Shown piece after piece: positions 7,299 to 16,176 of a stretch of 32,000 nt of DNA. Position 1 is the first letter of the stretch; each line of letters opens with the position of its first letter. The DNA lies in contig WBXG01000012.1 in the NCBI GenBank assembly GCA_008932965.1, forward strand, positions 1-32,000. Direction: 5' to 3'. The position numbers and the translations under genes are program-made. This stretch comes from Verrucomicrobiota bacterium (GTDB lineage: Bacteria > Verrucomicrobiota > Verrucomicrobiia > Chthoniobacterales > UBA6821). The notes under the pieces were generated by a model. That model searched no databases. It had not been told where the DNA came from and worked only from the letters and a program-made list of their open reading frames with translations.

Positions 7299-9518
7299 AT
7301 GAAAAAACGTAGGACTTCCTCCACAATTCAAGAAAAAACAGGTGGAGGACCTGAAGATGCTATTAGCGGCCTAGTGGAACGGGTTACTTTCCATAATGCA
7401 GAGAATGGATTTTGTGTTTTAAAAGTCAAAGTAGAAAATCATCGTGATCTCATAGCCGTCCTAGGAACCCTTCCTAGTGTCGCTCCAGGAGAGTGGATCA
7501 CTGCCCAAGGTGTATGGGAACGAGACCGCGAACATGGCCTTCAAATGAAGGCACGAACTCTTAAAACGCAACCACCAACTTCACTTGAAGGAATTGAAAA
7601 ATATCTTGGAAGCGGCCTTATTAAAGGCATTGGTCCAGTCTATGCCACCAAGCTCGTTCAAAAGTTTGGAGAGGATGTCTTCGATATTATTGAGCACCAA
7701 TCCAAACGTCTTCAAGAAGTAGAGGGAATAGGAATAGAACGTCGCAAAAGAATCAAAGAAGCATGGGCAGAACAAAAAGTAGTTCGTGATATTATGCTCT
7801 TTCTTCATGCACATGGACTAAGCACCAATCGTGCTACTCGTATTTATAAAACCTATGGAGAGGGAGCCGTTGAAACTATCCGCGCAAATCCCTATACCCT
7901 CGCTCGTGACATTCATGGAATTGGATTCCATTCTGCTGATGCTGTTGCAACCAAGCTGGGGTTTGAACAGGACTCACTCCTACGTGCCCGTGGAGCAATC
8001 GATCATCTACTTACGGAAGCAACGGGAGAAGGCCATTGTGCTTTACCTCGTGAAGATCTCATTCAAGGAGCCATTCATCTTTTGCAAGTAGACGAGGAAG
8101 TAGTCATAGGTGCTTTAGAGCGGCATCTCCACGATGGCCATGTCACATTAGAAAGAATCGGTGGAAAAGAGCTTGTCTTTCTGCCACACCTTCGAGTTGC
8201 CGAGGAGATTATTGCACGACAACTCCTACGACTTGCCTCATCCGAATCCCCCACCCCACTCATCGACCCACACAAGGCCATTCCTTGGGTTGAAGAAAAA
8301 ACAAAACGAATACTCTCCGAGAGCCAACGTAACGCCTTGGCTAAGGCGTTACAACACCGTGTGGTTGTGATCACGGGTGGCCCAGGTGTTGGTAAAACAA
8401 CCCTCGTGCAATCACTCCTAACCATTTTAAGAGCAAAGAAGCTGCGCTGTCTTCTTGCTGCTCCCACAGGAAGAGCAGCCCAGCGTCTTGGGGAGGCCAC
8501 CGGGTTAGAGGCAAAAACATTACATCGTCTTCTTGAATTTGTTCCTGCCACAGGAACATTTGCGCGCAATATCGATCATCCTCTAGAGGCAGATGCACTC
8601 GTGGTAGATGAAATTTCTATGGTCGATGTCCCTCTTATGAGTCGTCTTCTCTTAGCACACCCACCGAATGCACGTTTAATTTTAGTCGGAGATGCCGATC
8701 AATTACCAAGTGTGGGACCAGGCCTTGTGCTCCCCGACATCATTCGTAGCGGTTTAGTTGAAGTCGTCGCCTTAAAGGAGATCTTCAGACAAGCAGAAGG
8801 GAGTCAGATCATTCAGGCAGCACATGCAATCAATCAAGGAATCCTACCTGATCTCACTCTTTCCAATGAACATTCTGATTTCTTTTTTCTTGAGCGCGAA
8901 GATCCCGAGCAAACGGTAGCAACCCTAATCACGATGATTCGAGAGCGCATTCCAAAACGTTATGATCTCGATCCTATCGATGATGTCCAAGTTCTCTGCC
9001 CCATGCATCGAGGAAGTCTGGGCATTCAAGAACTCAACCTTCAACTCCAAGCAGCACTCAATCCAAAAAGCCCTCATCTCAAAGAACATCTTGCCTATGG
9101 GCTTTTATTCCGAGAAGGAGACAAAATTATTCAAATGAATAACAACTATGAGAAGGAAGTTTTTAATGGTGATATTGGACGTATTCTTTCTATCGATCCT
9201 CAGGAAAAAACAATGACGTTGCGTTTTGGAGAGCGTCGCTTCAACTATGATTTTAGTGAACTTGATGAAGTGACTCTTGCTTATGCTATCACGATTCACA
9301 AAAGCCAAGGCTCGGAATTTCCAGTAGTAGTCATGCCACTTGCAATGCAACAATACCTACTGCTCCAACGCAACTTGCTCTACACGGGAGTCACACGAGG
9401 ACGCCAGCTTGTGCTTCTTGTGGGACAACGTAAAGCCCTCATTACTGCGACCCACAATGCCTCCACACGCTACCGACATGGAGGACTCTTCAGCAGATTA
9501 GAAGCCTTGTGCAAATAG
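7299..9518 (+). CDS. recD2: RecD2-type SF1B DNA helicase (ATP-dependent RecD-like helicase)
   Basis: Walker A GGPGVGKTT, AAPTGRAA, Walker B VVDEISMVD, and C-terminal AITIHKSQGSEF. The N-terminal OB/HhH region is typical of RecD2. Confidence 0.9.
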   Translation: MKKRRTSSTIQEKTGGGPEDAISGLVERVTFHNAENGFCVLKVKVENHRDLIAVLGTLPSVAPGEWITAQGVWERDREHGLQMKARTLKTQPPTSLEGIEKYLGSGLIKGIGPVYATKLVQKFGEDVFDIIEHQSKRLQEVEGIGIERRKRIKEAWAEQKVVRDIMLFLHAHGLSTNRATRIYKTYGEGAVETIRANPYTLARDIHGIGFHSADAVATKLGFEQDSLLRARGAIDHLLTEATGEGHCALPREDLIQGAIHLLQVDEEVVIGALERHLHDGHVTLERIGGKELVFLPHLRVAEEIIARQLLRLASSESPTPLIDPHKAIPWVEEKTKRILSESQRNALAKALQHRVVVITGGPGVGKTTLVQSLLTILRAKKLRCLLAAPTGRAAQRLGEATGLEAKTLHRLLEFVPATGTFARNIDHPLEADALVVDEISMVDVPLMSRLLLAHPPNARLILVGDADQLPSVGPGLVLPDIIRSGLVEVVALKEIFRQAEGSQIIQAAHAINQGILPDLTLSNEHSDFFFLEREDPEQTVATLITMIRERIPKRYDLDPIDDVQVLCPMHRGSLGIQELNLQLQAALNPKSPHLKEHLAYGLLFREGDKIIQMNNNYEKEVFNGDIGRILSIDPQEKTMTLRFGERRFNYDFSELDEVTLAYAITIHKSQGSEFPVVVMPLAMQQYLLLQRNLLYTGVTRGRQLVLLVGQRKALITATHNASTRYRHGGLFSRLEALCK

Positions 9519-9567
9519 GGATAGGGAGTGATAATTACAGGATCATTTTTTGTTCAGATCATTTAAA

Positions 9568-10719
9568 ATGAATTCCTCAATCTCATCTCGAACTACTCCA
9601 TCAGCTGTTCCTGCTTCGGCAGTTTTAGAAGTCAATGGTGAAGAGTGTATCATCCATATCCGTGGTCATTGGTTGCTCAATTCCTCAGTTCCTTCGTGGC
9701 ACAAAACCATTAAAAATAACACAGCTACGATTATTAAGATTCTTGCAGAGGACCTAAAAACATGGGATACGGCCCTAGTGCTTTTTTTAATTCATGGAAG
9801 AACATGGTGCTTAGCAAAAAAAAAGAAACTGGAGATCACAGCGCTTCCTGAAAACCTACAGCTCATTCTCAGCCATATTGAAGCAGAACCTCATCCCAAA
9901 GCACGAGGAAAACGTGACTCTTCGTTTGACCTTCGATGTGCCATAGGAGGCAAGGTCCTAGAGTTCTTTTCAGGAATGAGAGAGGCTGCGGAGTTTCTGG
10001 GTAATTGTGCCATTGGACTTTTTCAAATGATTCGAGGCCGTCAAAAATTTCGATGGATCGATTGCTTTGTAGAAATGCAGCAATGCTGGTCTTCATCGCT
10101 ACCGATTGTGAGCTTCATTAGTTTTTTAGTGGGGGTCATTTTGGCTTTTCAAGCTGCAATTCAACTTCAACGGTATGGTGCAGGCATCTTGGTTGTGGAC
10201 CTTGTCAGTCTCTCTATTGTTCGAGAAATGGGACCAATCATGGCAGCCATTGTTGTTGCTGGTGGAACCGGAGCAGGCTTTGCTGCTCAATTAGGAAATA
10301 TGAAAGTCGATGAAGAAATCGATGCTCTACAAACGTTAGGAATTTCTGAAATCAATTTTCTAGTTCTCCCTCGACTTCTTGCCGTTGCCATTATGATGCC
10401 GATCCTTGCCATTTATTCCGATGTTTTGGGAATCTTAGGTGGAATGTACATCTCAGCAACCATGCTCCACATTCCAATAGCTGTCTATTTTAATGAAATG
10501 CAAAATCGACTCAGCTTCACAGATGTCTCCAGTGGTATCACCAAGAGTTTTATCTTTGGAATGATCATCGCTCTTGCAGGATGCATGCGTGGTATTCACT
10601 GTGAACGTAACACCGCCGGTGTCGGCCATGCAACTTCATCAGCAGTCGTCACTAGTATTATGATGATCATCCTTGCTGATGCTATTTTTTCGGTAATTTA
10701 TAACACCCTTGGAATTTAA
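9568..10719 (+). CDS. mlaE: MlaE-family lipid ABC transporter permease with ~125-aa N-terminal extension
   Basis: The C-terminal ~260 aa are MlaE/YrbE-like (GPIMAAIVVAGGTGAGFAAQLGNMKVDEEIDALQTLGI). The start is placed at ATG 9568; the ORF track uses TTG 9550. Confidence 0.85.
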   Translation: MNSSISSRTTPSAVPASAVLEVNGEECIIHIRGHWLLNSSVPSWHKTIKNNTATIIKILAEDLKTWDTALVLFLIHGRTWCLAKKKKLEITALPENLQLILSHIEAEPHPKARGKRDSSFDLRCAIGGKVLEFFSGMREAAEFLGNCAIGLFQMIRGRQKFRWIDCFVEMQQCWSSSLPIVSFISFLVGVILAFQAAIQLQRYGAGILVVDLVSLSIVREMGPIMAAIVVAGGTGAGFAAQLGNMKVDEEIDALQTLGISEINFLVLPRLLAVAIMMPILAIYSDVLGILGGMYISATMLHIPIAVYFNEMQNRLSFTDVSSGITKSFIFGMIIALAGCMRGIHCERNTAGVGHATSSAVVTSIMMIILADAIFSVIYNTLGI

Positions 10720-10732
10720 AATTTTAAAAACC

Positions 10733-11482
10733 ATGCAACACACTACTGATGCCATTAAGGTAGAAAATATCACGTTTTTGTATGATGATACCGTTGTCCT
10801 AGAAAAGATTTCATTTACCGTAAAGACTGGAGAGCTTTTTTTTATTATTGGTGGAAGCGGTTGTGGTAAAACAACTCTTTTACGATGCATGACAGGATTA
10901 CTCGAACCTGAGAGAGGGGAGATTTTCTATTTTGGAAAAGATTTTTTAAACAATGACTCTCGTGAAAGAGAGATGTTATTAAAATCATTTGGGGTCCTTT
11001 ATCAAAGCAGTGCCTTATGGAGCTCCATGACAATCGGGGAAAATGTATCACTCCCCCTGGAACAATATACAAGACTCGATAAAAATGACCGCCGAGAAAT
11101 AGTTGCCCTCAAACTCGCTCAGGTGGGCCTTGCAGGAACTGAGGAACTTTATCCTAGCGAATTAAGTGGGGGAATGAAGAAAAGAGCGGGGCTTGCTCGT
11201 GCTTTAGCTCTTGACCCTAAAATTGTTTTTTTTGATGAACCCTCAGGGGGGCTTGATCCTGTAACCTCTAAGGAAATTGATGAATTAATTTTAGAAGTGC
11301 GTGACACCTTAGGTACCACCATGGTTATTGTATCGCACCAACTTTCAAGTATTTTCAGAATTGCCGATCGTATCATGGTACTAGATCATACCACTAAAGG
11401 AATCATTGCTAATGGGACTCCCCATCAACTTGCTAGAATGAGCCATGACCCCCGTGTTATTAATTTCTTAAATCAGTCATGA
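10733..11482 (+). CDS. mlaF: MlaF-like ABC transporter ATP-binding protein
   Basis: Walker A GGSGCGKTT, signature LSGGMKKR, Walker B IVFFDEP. The start is placed at ATG 10733; TTG 10709 would overlap the end of mlaE. Confidence 0.9.
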   Translation: MQHTTDAIKVENITFLYDDTVVLEKISFTVKTGELFFIIGGSGCGKTTLLRCMTGLLEPERGEIFYFGKDFLNNDSREREMLLKSFGVLYQSSALWSSMTIGENVSLPLEQYTRLDKNDRREIVALKLAQVGLAGTEELYPSELSGGMKKRAGLARALALDPKIVFFDEPSGGLDPVTSKEIDELILEVRDTLGTTMVIVSHQLSSIFRIADRIMVLDHTTKGIIANGTPHQLARMSHDPRVINFLNQS

Positions 11483-12216
11483 AATCTAAATGGAATCCAG
11501 TAAGCGTAGGGAGTTTTGTGATTGGAGCTATTATCCTTATCACACTAGGACTCATCTACTTTAAATCACTCTCATTATTTCATAAACCACTTCGATTTGT
11601 TTCTTATTTTGATCAATCGGTACAAGGGTTAAGCGTTGGCAGTGATATCAAAATGCGAGGGGTTCTCGTTGGAAGCATTGTGTCGCTTCATGTTTATTAC
11701 GACTGGAACAAAAACAAATCAGCTATTGCGGTGATTGGAGAGCTCAATAATAACGCTTTGATTGATGATTCTGGACAAAAAATTGATATGAACAATTCCT
11801 TAAACCTAGAACACCTTATTAGAAATGGATTACGCGCTGAAATTGATTTATTAGGCATCACCGGAATGCAGTATGTCCAACTTGCCTTCTTCGATCCCAA
11901 AAAACAATCGACTAACGATCTTTCAGGAAATTCCCCCTACATTGTTATTCCCACTGTGGATTCTGGTGTTTCAAAATTCACCGATAACCTTTTCACTATC
12001 ACTGAAAATTTCAGCAAAGTAGATATGGCCGGTATTTCTAATGATCTCAAGGCCCTCTTAGCTTCTCTCAATAAAAAAACAGAAGAACTGGATCTTAGAA
12101 AAATAACGATTCAAGTCTCTTCGGCTGCAGAAGCTATCAAACAACTTGCTCAGTTTATAGAACAGAACCCCTCTTCCCTAATCTTTGGAAGAAAGCCAGC
12201 ACCTAAAAAAAGATAG
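11479..12216 (+). CDS. mlaD: MlaD / MCE-domain protein
   Basis: N-terminal TM helix followed by an MCE-domain signature (GLSVGSDIKMRGVLVGSI). ATGA start/stop overlap with mlaF. Confidence 0.8.
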   Translation: MKSKWNPVSVGSFVIGAIILITLGLIYFKSLSLFHKPLRFVSYFDQSVQGLSVGSDIKMRGVLVGSIVSLHVYYDWNKNKSAIAVIGELNNNALIDDSGQKIDMNNSLNLEHLIRNGLRAEIDLLGITGMQYVQLAFFDPKKQSTNDLSGNSPYIVIPTVDSGVSKFTDNLFTITENFSKVDMAGISNDLKALLASLNKKTEELDLRKITIQVSSAAEAIKQLAQFIEQNPSSLIFGRKPAPKKR

Positions 12217-12283
12217 CAAGGAACAAGTCCCCCCTATCCTGGTTAATCAGAATCAACTCTACCTCAGTAGAGTTTGAAGGAGA

Positions 12284-12811
12284 TTACCACCCTTCAGAGA
12301 CTTTGCTCACAATAGCCTCTGCCGCCCTCTGAGCTGCAATTGGATAATTGATATTTTGATCTGTTATGAGATCCGAATTAACACTATCAGAATTGACAAA
12401 GAAAGGAACGTGGCCTTCTGCTCTGCCTTTGAGCAGAAGAGCACCGGTGAGACGATCTTTAACTGTATATTCGACATTGAGAACCAATTCAAATTCTGAG
12501 GTCTGCATCACATTATTGGCATAGACTCGCATCGGCTGACGCTTCACGCTCACAATAGCTGCAGTTAAGTTTGCATCAGCACGATCTGCAGTTTCTATAC
12601 GGTAGGTACCATCTTGTTGAAATTGCTTCGCCACAGCATCAGCAGTTTGGGACTCTAAGCGAGGGATCAAAGTATCATTTTTAAAAGTTCCAACAGAAAT
12701 GCTATTCACACGCCGCATGGTAGTGGGCCTGATCTCTCCCAATGTGTAACCACATCCCGAGAGAAAGAGATCGACAGCAATAAAAATGACACAAGCAAAT
12801 AATGATCTCAT
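12284..12811 (-). CDS. lptE: LptE-like LPS-assembly lipoprotein
   Basis: Signal peptide with lipobox LSGC followed by GYTLG, as at LptE N-termini. About 175 aa. Overlaps the upstream TPR gene by 4 nt (ATGA). Confidence 0.55.
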   Translation of the reverse strand: MRSLFACVIFIAVDLFLSGCGYTLGEIRPTTMRRVNSISVGTFKNDTLIPRLESQTADAVAKQFQQDGTYRIETADRADANLTAAIVSVKRQPMRVYANNVMQTSEFELVLNVEYTVKDRLTGALLLKGRAEGHVPFFVNSDSVNSDLITDQNINYPIAAQRAAEAIVSKVSEGW

Positions 12812-13950
12812 AAAGGCGAAGAAGAATGTGTTGGGGTAGAAGAGGGAGTGACTTCTTTAAAATTAGTACGCATTTGGGGAAGAGGTATTGTATCGGAATG
12901 AGGCATGATCTCCTTTTTCGGAGGACCATCATAGGTGGCAAGGGCAGTTGTTTCGACCTGCACTTGCATCTTACGGCGCAGAGCCATCTGAGCTCCAGAA
13001 ATAGGAGTTTGTTGACCGATACGTAAAGCATCTTCACCAACCTCATTTTTAATCTCGGCAAGACGTGCTTTGGCAATCAAGGCATTGGGGGTTTGCGGAT
13101 ATTTTCGAATCACCTCGTTATAGTAAATAGCTGATGATTTGTAGTCTTTGGAAAAATCATAAAAACGAGCAATACGCAATGTATCGGTACATTCTCGAAC
13201 CACCATAGCATCGATATTATCACGTGCTTGGAGCAATTTTTCATTGTTAGGATATTGAATGAGGAAATCCTCAAAGTTATTCTCCCCTTCCTTCAGTGCG
13301 GAAAGATCTTGGGAATGTCCCTGCATCCCAAGACTCATGTAGACATAGCCAATCTGATAGAGTGCATGATCACAAATATTACTCGTAGGATATTTATCAA
13401 TGAGTTTTTGATAAGCAGCAATGGCCTCGGTTGTCTTTCCTTGACGCTCCAAGGCAAGCCCGAGGTTAAATTGTGTTAAAGCAGCATATTTACTGTAGGG
13501 GGCATTGGCTAAAACTGTTTCGTACATTTCCTGGGCACGTTCCAATGCAGTAAAAGCAGGAATTCCGAAAATTTTGATTTTCCGACCCTGCAAGTAAGAA
13601 TTGGCTATCTTAATTTGCTCGGCAACGGCTTCTTCAAAATGAGGTGTCTCAGGATATTTTTTGAGAAGGTAAGTATAAGCTTTGAAAGCACCATTATAAT
13701 CCCCTTTTTTTACAAGGAGTTGAGCAGTTTGAAATTGAGCATCTGCAGCATCTTTTGAAAAGGGATGATTTTTGACAATGAGCTGATATTGATGAATAGC
13801 CGAATCTAACTGATTGGAAGCTACCAGTTCTTCTGCAATGGAAGCCTCTGAATTCGATGAGGTATCTTCTGCCGCAGACGCTCCTAAAAGGAAACTAGAA
13901 AGCAGCACAGAAAGAAGCAGTAATAAGGATATCCTAGGGAAAAAAATCAT
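12808..13950 (-). CDS. Secreted TPR-repeat protein, BamD/YfiO-like
   Basis: Signal peptide with no lipobox Cys, then multiple TPR-like repeats (KGDYNGAFKAYTYLLKKYP, GKTTEAIAAYQKLIDKYP). Sits in an operon with the lptE-like gene. Confidence 0.5.
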   Translation of the reverse strand: MIFFPRISLLLLLSVLLSSFLLGASAAEDTSSNSEASIAEELVASNQLDSAIHQYQLIVKNHPFSKDAADAQFQTAQLLVKKGDYNGAFKAYTYLLKKYPETPHFEEAVAEQIKIANSYLQGRKIKIFGIPAFTALERAQEMYETVLANAPYSKYAALTQFNLGLALERQGKTTEAIAAYQKLIDKYPTSNICDHALYQIGYVYMSLGMQGHSQDLSALKEGENNFEDFLIQYPNNEKLLQARDNIDAMVVRECTDTLRIARFYDFSKDYKSSAIYYNEVIRKYPQTPNALIAKARLAEIKNEVGEDALRIGQQTPISGAQMALRRKMQVQVETTALATYDGPPKKEIMPHSDTIPLPQMRTNFKEVTPSSTPTHSSSPL

Positions 13951-14068
13951 GAAATTTTACAACTCAAAAAAAAGAGAGGCTTCAGGTTGCCTCAGGTAAG
14001 CACTTTTTGGAAGTTTCATTTTTACTAAGTTCTTCCAGCTTCTTCCCAAATAATTTTATGAAATGGGG

Positions 14069-14748
14069 TCAGGGCAAGGAAGAGTCTTCAGCAACTATTG
14101 GAATGTGCAATGGCAGAGGTAGCTCATTGGTGAAGAACAATTTTTTTAAATTATCATATTTTAAACTTAAAAGAAAGTTTGAAAAGTAATGGGAAATAGT
14201 GATCGCTGGCCTATCAACGTACCTATAAAAAACAACTGAGACCAAGATAGAGATGAGCGAGTAGAGGAAAAAATTTAGTAAAAGAGCTAGAGAGGTGTGG
14301 GGTAAAAAAAGATAGAAGGCACAGGAGAGAGAGCAGAGGATGAGAAAATGGAGTAGATAGAGTCCATAGGAGATCCTTCCTAAAAATTGAAAAATTGGAG
14401 CCTCAAAGATTTTTTTGCCATATCCTTTAACAATAGGAGCTACTAATAAGACAGCTCCAATGGTCGTATAAAAATCTTTTTTCCTAAATACTCCCACAAG
14501 CGGAAGAAAGTCATAATATCTATTTTCAAATTGAAAAGCCCCAAAATAAAAGTGCAATAAGAATAACATAGGGAACCCATTTTTTGGAAATAGTAACGGC
14601 ATGCAAGAGCGACCCAATCATGATTGCAAAGAGAAAAAGTAAAACAGGCCATACCACGTAATCCATCCGCATTTTTATTAATACCGCTCTTTTTGGTAAC
14701 ATCGAAAGTTGAGAATAACCTAGATTCATCAACCCTTGCGACCTCCAT
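14069..14748 (-). pseudogene. Decayed acyltransferase-3 (OafA/YrhL-type) gene: frameshifted and internally shortened
   Basis: The N-terminal family motif DGLRGMA (14647-14667) is in one frame. Its expected continuation VLLFLFAIMIGSLLH is in a second frame, a 1-nt shift near 14646. The C-terminal motif FLGRISYGLYLLH...RYVDRP is in a third frame (ORF 14069-14617). Only ~90 codons separate the motifs, against the roughly 250 I would expect for this family (from memory, not checked). Confidence 0.55.
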
Positions 14749-14751
14749 GTT

Positions 14752-14775
14752 AGAATTGGCATGAAATATCCAGGT
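14752..14775 (+). mobile_element. Right-arm remnant of the MITE-like element
   Basis: AGAATTGGCATGAAATATCCAGGT followed by TA. The core ATGAAATATCC(A/G)GGT matches the right arm with one mismatch. Confidence 0.55.
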
Positions 14776-14955
14776 TAAAAAAACAGTAGCCTTTTTCAGT
14801 AAAATCGGAGGTCTCATACCTGCTCTTGGACACCATAGATCCAACTTTGTTCAAATTAACAAAAAAAAGCTTGCCTCTTTCGCCAAAGAACTTAATGGTT
14901 ATCGGCACTTTTATTTTAGATGTTTTCTCATCATCTAATGCAAAAAAATTATTAA

Positions 14956-15027
14956 GGGCAGTTAGCTCAGGGGTAGAGCGGCTCGTTTACACCGAGTTGG
15001 TCGGGGGTTCAAATCCCTCACTGCCCA
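14956..15027 (+). tRNA. tRNA-Val (anticodon UAC)
   Basis: Hand-folded cloverleaf. Acceptor GGGCAGT/ACTGCCC, D arm GCTC-AGGGGTA-GAGC, anticodon arm GCTCG-TTTACAC-CGAGT, T arm GGGGG-TTCAAAT-CCCTC, discriminator A. No encoded CCA. Confidence 0.9.
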
Positions 15028-15037
15028 CGTTTTTTCT

Positions 15038-15112
15038 GGCGAGGTAGCCAAGTGGTAAGGCTGGGCTCTGCAAAAGCCCCATTCGTCGGTTCGATTCCGA
15101 CCCTCGCCTCCA
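15038..15112 (+). tRNA. tRNA-Cys (anticodon GCA), CCA encoded
   Basis: Acceptor GGCGAGG/CCTCGCC, anticodon arm GGGCT-CTGCAAA-AGCCC, T arm GTCGG-TTCGATT-CCGAC, discriminator T followed by CCA. Confidence 0.9.
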
Positions 15113-15179
15113 ACTCTCCTGGTAATGGGGCAATAAGCTCCGAGAATCTTGATGTTGATCCAGATGGAGGAGTGTATGG

Positions 15180-16172
15180 CTATATCACTAGCACCACGCA
15201 TCCATCAGCCGTTTCATCCTTCACTGCTTGTAGAGCTTTGTTGGCTTCTTCCAGGGGAAAACATGTCACTTGTGGGCGTATTGGAATGGTGGTTGCGAGT
15301 GTTAAAAAATCACGGGCATCGTGGCGGGTCATGTTAGCCACACTTCGAATTTGTCGCTCACCCCAGAGTAGAGTGTCGTAGTCAAAAGAAGGCATCGAGT
15401 CGAGATGAATGGCATTAATGGCAACAATTCCTCCCTTACGAAGAGAGGAGAGAGCGCTAAGAACTACCTCTCCACTGGGAGCAAAGGTAACAGCACGATC
15501 TAAGATGACAGGAGGTTTCTCTTTTTCAGAACCTACCCACGTGACTCCAAGGGCAAGAGCATGTTTGCGGTGTTTTTCTCCACGTGTTGAAACGTAGATT
15601 TCACAATTCCAGGATTGAAGCAGAGGAACCATCAAACTTGCAGAGGCCCCAAAACCAAAAAGTCCAACACGATCTCCTGGCATCACTTCGGCAACCTGAA
15701 GGCTTCTAAAGCCGATAATACCTGCACAAAGAAGCGGCGCTGCAGAAACAGGATCCATCTCTTTTTCTAAAGGAATCACAAAATCATTTCTCACCAATGC
15801 ATATTCGGCATATCCCCCATCAAGACTATAACCAGTGAAGGTGGGGTTATCACAAAGATTTTCCATCTGATGACGACAATAAAAACAACTCCCATCGACC
15901 CCTCCCATCCAAGAAACACCCACACGCGACCCGAGTGGAAATTCTTGAGTAGCCCCTTCTATAATCTCCCCTACAATTTGATGTCCAAGAATGAGCGGCT
16001 TGTGAAGCAGTGGTAAATCCCCCTCCACAATATGAAGATCAGTGCGGCAGACACCACATGCCAAAACACGCAGCAAAAAATATCCCTCTTTCCAAATAGG
16101 TGCAGGAACTTCTTCTATTGAGAGATACTCTTCACCCGAGGCCGTAGGTCCTTTAAATAAGGCAGCTTTCAT
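15180..16172 (-). CDS. Zinc-dependent alcohol dehydrogenase (MDR family)
   Basis: GVCRTDLH zinc-ligand motif, a second Cys cluster (CFYCRHQMENLC), and a GLFGFGASA Rossmann motif. The start is placed at ATG 16170-16172 (MKAALFKG), 5 nt after the copA stop; the longer tracked ORF overlaps copA. Confidence 0.85.
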   Translation of the reverse strand: MKAALFKGPTASGEEYLSIEEVPAPIWKEGYFLLRVLACGVCRTDLHIVEGDLPLLHKPLILGHQIVGEIIEGATQEFPLGSRVGVSWMGGVDGSCFYCRHQMENLCDNPTFTGYSLDGGYAEYALVRNDFVIPLEKEMDPVSAAPLLCAGIIGFRSLQVAEVMPGDRVGLFGFGASASLMVPLLQSWNCEIYVSTRGEKHRKHALALGVTWVGSEKEKPPVILDRAVTFAPSGEVVLSALSSLRKGGIVAINAIHLDSMPSFDYDTLLWGERQIRSVANMTRHDARDFLTLATTIPIRPQVTCFPLEEANKALQAVKDETADGCVVLVI

Positions 16173-16176
16173 AACT

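Noticed and set aside
8075-8569. 164-aa antisense ORF inside recD2, along with other antisense ORFs listed within mutS, copA, comEC, lpxC-fabZ and thiG.
   Set aside because: Each lies entirely within a strongly supported CDS on the opposite strand. The composition is Arg/Ser/Ala-rich, as is typical of antisense frames, and no motifs are present.
12702-13076. ORFs 12702-13076 (-) and 12826-13026 (+) overlapping the lptE-like/TPR gene junction.
   Set aside because: They are alternative frames of well-supported CDSs. They are Leu/Arg/Cys-rich with no motifs and are spurious.
14826-15381. ORFs 14826-15047 (+), 14962-15201 (-), 15052-15381 (+) and 15149-15337 (+).
   Set aside because: They overlap the two well-folded tRNA genes or lie antisense to the ADH gene. 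They have no motifs and are spurious.
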